A stretch of 31,551 bases of DNA from a bacterium (GTDB lineage Bacteria; UBA8248). The stretch lies in contig CBDBZY010000034.1 of the NCBI GenBank assembly GCA_965213685.1, forward strand, positions 1 to 31,551, read 5' to 3'. The notes beneath the pieces are model-generated. The model ran no database searches and was not told the DNA's origin. It worked only from the letters and a program-made list of their open reading frames with translations. The position numbers and the translations under genes were made by a program. Below are positions 21,436 through 31,551 of this stretch, piece after piece (position 1 is the first letter of the stretch; each line of letters opens with the position of its first letter).

Positions 21436-21499
21436 CCAATTCACATGGACGGGAAAAGACGCGCCCGCCCCCCGGTTCCGTCATGCGCAAACGTGGCCG

Positions 21500-22967
21500 C
21501 TATCGACGCTCATACGTGAACGTCGCCTGTATCGGCTTGCGCGCAATCCCCGGAGGAAACGGATTGAACGGCGCCGCCTTGGTGACGGCGGCCATCGCCA
21601 AATCATCCAGAATGCGAACCCCCGCCGACCGCAGCAGACGCACCTCCTGCAAAGTCCCGTTCTCCCTCAACGCAAAACGCAACAACAGACTTCCCCCGTA
21701 CTTTTGCGCCTCCGCAGGCCATATCCATTCGTTCTGGATTCTCCGTTTGATGTGGGCAAAATACGAAGCATACCGAAAATCGCGCGTATCGAGCGAGATG
21801 GCCTCCCCCGCCGCCTCTTTCTCCCGCTCCTTGTCCAGCAAACTTTGCTTTGCGATTCGATCCGCCGCCTCATCCGAGAGGGCGAGAACCGGCGCGGCGG
21901 GCCTGCCTTTGGGCCGGGGCTTCGCCCGAAACATCGCCAACGGGTCCTGCGGCGGAGTCGGCCGGGGGCGACGCGGCAGAGTCGGCCGAGGGGGGCGATT
22001 TCAGCGCGGCCACCTCCTTCATCTTCTTCCTCCCCCGTTTTTTCCAGGCGTCCACTTTCTTAGCGACTCGCCTCCGCTCCCGTTTCCTCGGCACAGGCCC
22101 GGCACGCCCTTTCACGAATGGCTTGGGCGCGGCTCTCCTCCCGCCGGTTTCGGGAACCGCCCCGGGCGCGCGCTCGGGGGGCATCTCTTCTCCTCCGGCA
22201 GCGGGCGATGGGCTTTTCGGCGCAGGGACGGACGCCGGCGCGCGTCCCGCCGCCTCCGCCGGCCCGGGGGGTTCCCGCTTCTCCGCCAGACGGCGCGCCC
22301 CCTCCTCTGCGCCCGATCCCGCCGCTTTTACCGGCCCAGGGGGAGAGGGCCGCTTCTCGCGCGATGTTTCCGGGGGCTTTCCCCCCCTCATTTTTTCCGG
22401 TTTTTCCGCTACTTTCGGCTCCAACTGCTTTGGCGCCCGGGGAGCTGCCGGCGGCGCCGCCTCCCTGTCCCCGGGCTCCGGCGCCTCGGCGGGAGGAGGG
22501 GCCGGCGCATCCTCCAGAATCGCGGGCGGGGGCGGGCGCGTCGTTTCTATCCGCGGCGGTTTCGGCTCCTCCCCGGGTTCGGCCGTCCTCTCCGGCCTCG
22601 GCGGCGCAAGCGGGACGGGAGGCGGTGCTTGGGAGGGGAGGGCTGGCGACGCGGCCTGGGGAACAGGCGCGCCCCGGCGGGATGGGAGCCGATCTTCGCG
22701 TTCGCGCTTCAGGCGCGGTCTCTCGCCAGGCTTGCCGGAGCCGCTTTCCCTTCGGTTGGCGTCCGACAGGAACCGGCTTTCCGGATTCGGCGGAAGCAGC
22801 TCCCTGGGCGATTCGACGGATACAAGGCGAAACCTCGGAGGGCGGCTCGCCCGCGTCCGCTCGGGAAGGACGTACTCATGGCTCAACGCCGCCAAGACGA
22901 GCAAGTGCAGAAACAACGAGGCCAGGAAAAGGGGGAAGCGGCGCTTTTCCGACGCATTCCTCGCCAT
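21500..22967 (-). CDS. TonB family protein with a long Pro-rich linker, +1 frameshift near 21960-21995
   Basis: TM anchor SLFLHLLVL (S-x3-H), Pro/Ala/Glu-rich linker, C-terminal ISLDTRDFRYASYF..WIWP..SAGVRILDDLAMAAVTKAAPFNPFP. Confidence 0.85.
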
Positions 22968-23669
22968 ATGTCCCCCTCTGCCCGCTCCCCGTCGTCGCCT
23001 GCGCGTGCGCAAGGCGAACCAGCGGCGGGAGTGCCCCGAAACTCCCCGCGTGCGTTGATTTTATGTGACGCGCAACCTCGCTTCAAGACGCCCGGAGGCG
23101 CGCGTTCCCGCAAAAAAGACTTCATCCCCCCGCGCGCGCAGGGCAGGGCGCGACCGCGAACGACCAGACGCCAGACCTTCAGGCGTTTCCTTTGCCAGCG
23201 TTTTTCGCAATGTATATCAAGGGCGGGCATCATCTCGAGGGCGCGGTATTCAATATGTTCTTTGCTTTGCGAGACTTCGCGCCAGCCCTTGGTTTGAATG
23301 CGGATTGTATGCTTTCCGCCGTCCTTGAGAATTGAGATCGGCGCGCGCCGTATGACCATCCCGCACGCCAGCGTAAAACCAAAGGAGGAAGGACGCCCGA
23401 ATGTGTGGGCTATGGGCAGCGACCGCCCAAGAAACGCGCCCAAGGCACGCCATTCGTCCGCAGCGCAGAACGCGCATATGACGCTTGCGAGGTATGTCCC
23501 GCCAGGCGAGAGCAGCCTGTCAGGGCGCGGGCGCCAGGACACAGCCAGGGGGCCCGCGAACGCGGGCGCGCGGATCGGGAGACCGCCAAAGCACAGCCAG
23601 CAGCGGGCAGGGCAGGCGCGTTTCAAGCCCGCCGGCGCGTAGTAGATTGCGCGCTTTCAGGCGTTCGCA

Positions 23670-23945
23670 TCATTGCGCAAGCCCGCCCGGGATAATTCCC
23701 GTATAAGCCAGCAAGCCATAACAGATCAGCGCAAGCAGAAGCACGAAGGGCGTAAGGAAAACCGTCAGGAAGGGCCTTGCGCGGGCGAAGCGCGCCAAAT
23801 AAGGAAGCAGGCGTTGCGGGCGCAAGCGCACAATCGCAACCAGCGCGCCCACTATTTGGGACATCCCCTACACAAACCCCAACAGCAACAGCGCAACGGA
23901 AGCGAATAGCGCAATAATTGAATAATCAAGCGCAGAATCAAGCAT
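23670..23945 (-). pseudogene. Small membrane protein (91 codons) interrupted by an in-frame TAG at 23870-23868
   Basis: MLDSALDYSIIALFASVALLLLGFV*GMSQIVGALVAIV...LLLALICYGLLAYTGII in a single frame; GGAG upstream. Confidence 0.5.
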
Positions 23946-24062
23946 TACGCCACTCCCGAGGTTTGCTAGACCAGCGATAGCAGGCGCGCCAGAGAACGCC
24001 CGCCCGATCCGCCCAGGAACGCGCCAGGCATCAAAATGACGCTCGCGCCCAGGGCGCAAGGG

Positions 24063-24103
24063 GAAAGAGAAAGAGGGGGGCCCCTCTCTGAGAGCCCCCC
24101 CTC
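24063..24103 (-). terminator. groL intrinsic terminator
   Basis: Minus strand GAGGGGGGGCTC...GGGCCCCCCTC followed by TTTTCTCTTT. Confidence 0.7.
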
Positions 24104-24127
24104 CCTTGCAGCGTGAAAAGGAACAAC

Positions 24128-26105
<1,978 letters not shown>

Positions 26106-26258
26106 CAGTGTCTCCCTCCTTTGTGAAAAGTGAAAAAAAGAAACGCCGCCACGCAGCCGACGGCCTGACGGGAAGGAAGATGATGAACGCTTTCTGCAGC
26201 CCGTCACCTCGGGGTCATATGCGTGCGCCCTTCCTCCCGCCCGGCTCCCTGATGCGGA

Positions 26259-26320
26259 TATATAAAGAAAGGGGAAATGGTTGTCAAGCGAAATTAGCAC
26301 TCAACCCGTGATGCTGCTAA
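26259..26320 (-). promoter_or_regulatory. groESL sigma70 promoter and CIRCE (HrcA operator)
   Basis: TTAGCACTC-N9-tgcTGCTAA at 26294-26320; minus strand TTGACA (26287-26282)-17 bp-TATATA. Confidence 0.85.
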
Positions 26321-26563
26321 CAAGGGAGCGAACATACAAACCCGTTGATTTTTATGGGTTTATTTCCATTTCCCGGATGGCCGCGGGAGTCGGCGCAAGA
26401 ATTTTTTCAAATTTTCACAAAAAATCGCCCCTATCTCCCATCGCGCGGGGCCAGGTGACGGATTTCGCCGCATGGGCTATCTTCCCACCGCATCCCCGCC
26501 CCGGTCTCTCCTCCTCCATGGAGGGTTCATCGAGAAGCATCCGCCCAGAAGGAGCCGCATGAA

Positions 26564-27340
26564 ATGCCACACGAGAATCTGCTGGTCGAGAAAGCAGCGG
26601 GAATCGCGCTGCTCACCATCAACCGACCCGAGAAGCGCAACGCGCTCGACCCCCGGACCTGGCGCGAGTTGGACGCCACGGCGAAGGGGCTGGAATCCGA
26701 CGGGGAGGTTCAGGTCGTCATCATCACGGGGGCGGGGGAGAAATGCTTCGCCGCCGGCTCCGACATCGCCCAAATCAGGGAGCGAAACCTCCTCGACGGG
26801 CTTGCCGCCCCCTCCCAGCGGGCGCTGACGCGGCTGGAGGCCATCGAGAAGCCGACCATCGCCGCGGTGAACGGCTTCGCCCTGGGCGGCGGCTGCGAAC
26901 TGGCGATGGCGTGCGACGTCCGCATCGCGAGCGAGACCGCCAGGTTCGGGCAGCCGGAGGTGAACCTCGGCATCATGCCCGGAGCGGGCGGCACCCAAAG
27001 GCTCGCCTCCCTGGTGGGCGTCGGCAAGGCCAAGGAGCTGATCCTGACGGGAGACGTCATCGACGCGGAGGAGGCCCATCGCATCGGGCTCGTGAATCAG
27101 GTCGTCCCGGGAGATCGGCTCCTCGACGCCGCCCGGGCGTGTGCCCAGAAGATGATGCGCAAGGGCCCGCTGGCGATCCGGATGGCGAAGATCGCCATCC
27201 ACGCGGGGCTCAAGTTCGGCCCGGAGGCCGGCATGATCGCCGAGCGCCTGGGGCAGGCCTGCCTGATGACCACGGCCGACAAGACCGAGGGCACCTCCGC
27301 GTTTCTGGAGAAACGGGAGGCCGACTTTCAGGGGAGGTGA
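26564..27340 (+). CDS. Enoyl-CoA hydratase (crotonase)
   Basis: INRPEKRNAL, FAAGSDI, GFALGGGCELAMACD, FGQPEVNLGIMPGAGGTQRL; both catalytic Glu present. Confidence 0.94.
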   Translation: MPHENLLVEKAAGIALLTINRPEKRNALDPRTWRELDATAKGLESDGEVQVVIITGAGEKCFAAGSDIAQIRERNLLDGLAAPSQRALTRLEAIEKPTIAAVNGFALGGGCELAMACDVRIASETARFGQPEVNLGIMPGAGGTQRLASLVGVGKAKELILTGDVIDAEEAHRIGLVNQVVPGDRLLDAARACAQKMMRKGPLAIRMAKIAIHAGLKFGPEAGMIAERLGQACLMTTADKTEGTSAFLEKREADFQGR

Positions 27341-27402
27341 ACCGTTTCGGCGCGTTGCCTCCCCTCCGGCGGTACGACTTTACCCCGCATGGCGCACTCT
27401 CC

Positions 27403-27693
27403 CTATGACGCCTCGTCGTAGGAGAGGAACGTGATGTCCGCCGCCTCGTTGCGGGCGGGAATCAGGGACTGGTAGGCGTCCGAGTCATACCATTTGCTCA
27501 CCGCCTCCTGGTCGGGGAACTTCAGGAGGACGAACGTGCTCCTTTCGTGCTTGCCGTTGAGAACCCTGGCGAGCTCTCCGCGCATCACGAACTCGCCCCC
27601 GACGGAGGCGACGATCTCGAGTCCCTTCTCGGCGTAGCTGTTGAACCCTTCCTCGTCCTTGATCTCGATGTGTCCGACCACGAATGCGCTCAT
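27403..27693 (-). CDS. DUF1330 domain protein
   Basis: MSAFVVGHIEIKD, GGEFVMRG, LLKFPDQEAVSKWYDSDAYQ..R. Confidence 0.88.
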   Translation of the reverse strand: MSAFVVGHIEIKDEEGFNSYAEKGLEIVASVGGEFVMRGELARVLNGKHERSTFVLLKFPDQEAVSKWYDSDAYQSLIPARNEAADITFLSYDEAS

Positions 27694-27902
27694 GCTCACT
27701 CCCTCCGGAAACGGGCCGCCCGCCCGGAAGCGGCCCGGGCCGCGCGACGCTAGAAACAAGGATTTCACGCCCTGGGCTCCGCCGCGTCTCCCATCCCTCC
27801 GGGCCTTTTCCGGATTTTTTGCGGAGGAGACGTCATGAAACCCTCAGGCCATCCCAAGGTTCCACAAACGGGCTTCGGGATCAACACCGCCCGGGCGCGT
27901 CC

Positions 27903-30900
27903 CTACCCCCCTCCCGCACCGAGCGATTCGTTCTCCAGACGGCTCCGCACCTCGCCGAGCGGCCCGCTGTCGGCCACGAGACCGTCCCGATAGAGGATGA
28001 CGTCGCGCGAGCGCATGGAAACCCTGTCGCCCGGGGCGATCACGCCCGCCAGGTTCATCGGGTCGCTCGCATGAACGATGGTCGGCTTCCCCCGCTTCGG
28101 GATGCGCCGGACGGCGCGCAGGGCCTCCACCGCCTCCGGCAGGGCGAACTGCTCGCCCATGAAGCCCGAGACGAAGCGGCCCGCCGCGCACCTCCCCCCT
28201 CGCCTCCATGCGCCGGAGCGTCTGCGCCATCTCGCGCCAGCGCGGGGCGGGGGACTCGCGAACGGCCAGCTCCCGCATCACGACGCCATACCGCCGCAGC
28301 CAGCTGCCCGCGCGCGGGCCTCGCGCCTTCCTTCCGCATCCCGCCGGTGGGCGTCGTCCGCCGGCTCCCCAGAGCGACCAGCGGCCGACGGGCATGAACC
28401 GCCGCCGCGCCTCGCGGGACGCCGCCCTTCCCCCCCGGCAGGGCGCGCAGCCGCCGCTCCCCCCTCCTCTTCTCGTTCGCGCCCACGATCAAGGCGCGGA
28501 GGCCGGCCACGCCGTCCCCCCGTCACCAGCCCATGCGCCACCAGCTCCCAGAGCGCCCCCTCGACCTCCGTCCGCAGCCTGCCCGTCGCCTCCGTGATGT
28601 CCGCCAGGAAGGACGCCCCCCGATCTCCCAGAAAATCCAGCACCTCGACCGCCCCCCGCGAGAGGCTCCTCCGCCATTCCCCGCTCGCGTCGGGGGGGCG
28701 CAGAAACAGTCCCATATCCTCCCGGAGCAGAAAGGCCAGGAGCGCCCGGCGCGTGGGCCGCGCGTTCGGGTGCGTCCTCGGGCGCGCATCGTCCGCCGTA
28801 TCCCCGGTCGGTTCGGATGCGGCGCCGGGCCGCAGCCGCCCCCACGCGACGACCCCCGACAGGCAAAGTTGCTCCAGGTCCGCCGGGTCGTAGTTCTGGA
28901 TTCGCGCGGGAAGAACCCACTCCTCCCAGGCGGGCGCCGGCAGCTCGAGTCCCTGCAGTTGGCGAATCACCTCCAGGACGCCGTCGCGCCCGTGCAGCCT
29001 GCTCTCCTCGTGCACGTGCTGCCAGCGCAGCAGATAGCGGATGAAGTCCGCCGCCGTCGCGGGCGCGATCTCGCGCCGGAGCCTCCCGAGCGTCATGCGG
29101 TGGATGCGGCCCAGCAGAACGCGGTCGCACCACTCGGCTTCTCCCCCCGACGCGGCGTTCCCGAAGCGGCCCCGCAAAATCGCCCCCTCGCCCTCTAGGG
29201 CGGCCAGGGCGATTTCGACGTCAGAGGACGCGAGACCGATGCGCTCGGAAATCTCCCGCGCACTCACGGGGCCCACGCTCGCCATCCAGCCCCGCAGGAG
29301 GGCGAGGACAGCCCCATCCGGGCTTGGGGTTTCCTCCCGGGCGGGCGCCTTCGCCGCACCCGCCCGCAGGGGGATTTCCTCCGGTGCGAGGCGAACCCCC
29401 GGAATCGCCGCGCGCACGAGCGCCATCCGCTCCGCCGGCACATAGCCCTCCCGCTCGACGCCTCCCCACTCCCACGTCGCCCGCGCCAGGCGGCCACAGG
29501 CGCGCAGCGCATCCGCCCACGCGGCCCACTCCCCCGCCTCCCCGACCGGAAGCACGCACAGGCAGAGCAGCGCGTCGTGCAGCTCGTCCGCGTCGCGCGG
29601 AGCCGGCCAGGCCCCCCGGCGCACCTCCTCGATGACGTCCGGGTCCAGACGGGCATCCGCCGCGTCTTCGGGCAGGGTGCGCCTGAGCGGCACGGCGCGC
29701 GAGCGGCGCTCCTCGAGCGGGGCGTCGTCGATGAAGGCGTAGGGGTTCGCGTTCAGTATCTCATGGGACATCGGCGAGGGCGCGGGCGTCTCCACGGCGA
29801 AGGTGCCGACCCGCCCGCGCTCGATGTCGCCGATGAGGGCGCGCAGATTCCCGATGTCCATCGCCTCGGCCAGGCAATTCTCCACCGTCTCGTTCACCAG
29901 GGGGTGGTCGGGCGGCTCTATCGGGCCGTGGTGGTTGTCCTGGCAGGCGAGCTGGGCCGGAAAAACCGCCGCGAGCAAATCCTCCGCGCGCATCCGTTGA
30001 ATCGCGACCGGCACCTTGCGTCCCCCGCTGTAGCGGGGCAGCGCGAGGGCGCGCGCCGCGTTCCAGCGCCAGCGGTTGGCGAACATGGGCGACTGCAGGG
30101 CGGACTGGAGCATGTCCTTTCGCAGGGAGGCCAGGCGCGCGAAGCCGAAAATGGCCTCGAGGGGAAAGCTGTGCCCGGAGGAGAGCGAGAGCACGACGCC
30201 GTCGTCCGTCGCGGCGGCCTGGAGCTCGAAGTCGAACGTGAGGCAAAAACGCTTTCTGAGGGTATGCCCCCACGCCCGGTTGACGCGGCCGCCATAGGGG
30301 GAGTGAATCACCAGCTGCATCCCGCCCGCCTCGTCGAAAAACCGCTCCGCCACGATTTCGCCCTGCGTGGGCACGCGCCCCAGAACCCGCGCCGTCTCGC
30401 CCGCATACGCCAGAAGCTGCGCCGCCCCCGCCCCGCACAGTCCGCACGCCTCCCGCATCCACCGAACCGCCTCCTCCGGCGCGTCCAGGCGGCGCGCAAG
30501 TTCGCCCCGAAGGTCGGAGACGGCTTCCGAGAGTTCCGCCGTGCGCGAGGGCGCCTCGCCCAGCCAGAAGGGGATGTTGGGGGGGAGGCCCTTCGCGTCC
30601 TCCACCCGAACGCGGTCGCGCTCCACCCGCTTGACGCGCCAGGAGTGGTTGCCGAGCAGAAAAATGTCGCCCGCGTTCGACTCCACGGCGAAATCCTCGT
30701 TCACCTTGCCGACGAACGTCTCGGCGGGCTGCTCGATCACGTCGTAGTCGGCCGTGTCCGGAATCGCACCGCCCGAGGTGATGGCGCTGAGCCGCGCACC
30801 GCGCCTGGGCCGCAAAACGGCGTTCACGCGATCCCTGTGCAGATGGGCGGAGCGGCGGCCCCGGCTGGTGGAGACGCCCTCGGAGAGCATCTCGAGCACA

Positions 30901-31551
30901 TCCTCAAAAGCGCTCCGCGCAAGCCGCGCGTAGGGCTGCGCCCGCCGGACGAGCGTCCAGAGCGCCTCCTCCTCCACCGCCTCCGTCGCGGCGACCTCGG
31001 CCACAATCTGCTGGGCCAGGATGTCCAGCGGCGCCCGGGGGAAAATCACCGCGTCGAGCGCGCCCCGCCTCACCGAGCGCACGGCGGCGGCGCTCTGGAG
31101 AAGCTCGTCTCTCGTCAGCGGGAAGACCACGCCCCGCGGCGTCGCGCCCCGCCAGTGGCCGGAGCGGCCCACGCGCTGCAGCAGGGAGGCGATGGCCCTC
31201 GGAGCGCCCAGGTGGCAGACGAGGTCAACGTGCCCGACGTCGATGCCAAGCTCCAGCGACGCCGTGGCGACGATGGCGGACAGCGCGCCCGACTTGAGCC
31301 GCTCCTCGGCGTCGAGGCGGATTTTTCGGGACAAGGAGCCGTGATGCGCGGCGGCGCGCCCCTCGCCGAGCCTGGCCGTGAGCTGGTGGGCGACGCGCTC
31401 GGCGAGCCGCCTTGTATGGACGAACACGATGGTCGTCCGGTTTCGCTCGATGTGGCCCGCGAGGCGGTCGAACACCTCGCCCCACAGCTCGTGCGAGGCG
31501 ACGGGGCCAATCTCCTGGTCGGGCACCTCGATGGAGAGCGCCATCCGCCGC
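27903..31551 (-). CDS. lhr: Lhr-family DEAD/H helicase, long form, 5'-truncated by the window; +1 frameshifts near 28518, 28432 and 28180
   Basis: IVFVHTRRLAE, HHGSLS, ATASLELGIDVG, LQRVGRSGH, GGAIPD, IPFWLGE, RGGRFVSGFMGEQFALPEA. Confidence 0.92.

Overview
High-GC bacterial chromosomal window made up mostly of housekeeping and metabolic genes: moaC, dcd, a parvulin PPIase, a Ca/Na antiporter, two crotonases, a PmtA-like methyltransferase, EamA, an SSS symporter, an XDH-family Mo subunit, Gfo/Idh/MocA, gpsA, a DtxR/MntR regulator, TonB, groESL and an Lhr helicase. Four elements stand out. (1) A Type III restriction-modification locus whose mod gene carries a 7-bp tandem repeat (AGAACGG x12 plus a partial unit) that shifts it out of frame, a candidate phase-variable switch. 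(2) An OsmC-like protein with an in-frame TGA at the catalytic Cys position and a SECIS-like hairpin, a probable selenoprotein. (3) An apparently unannotated ~155-nt structured small RNA with a consensus sigma54 promoter, IHF-like site, tandem enhancer sites and a strong terminator. (4) Tandem NrdR boxes over a promoter that points at dcd rather than an nrd gene. About eleven +1 frameshifts at homopolymer runs (mod, res, M50 peptidase, gpsA, tonB, lhr) look like sequencing errors. All calls come from reading the sequence and recognising motifs; no searches were run.
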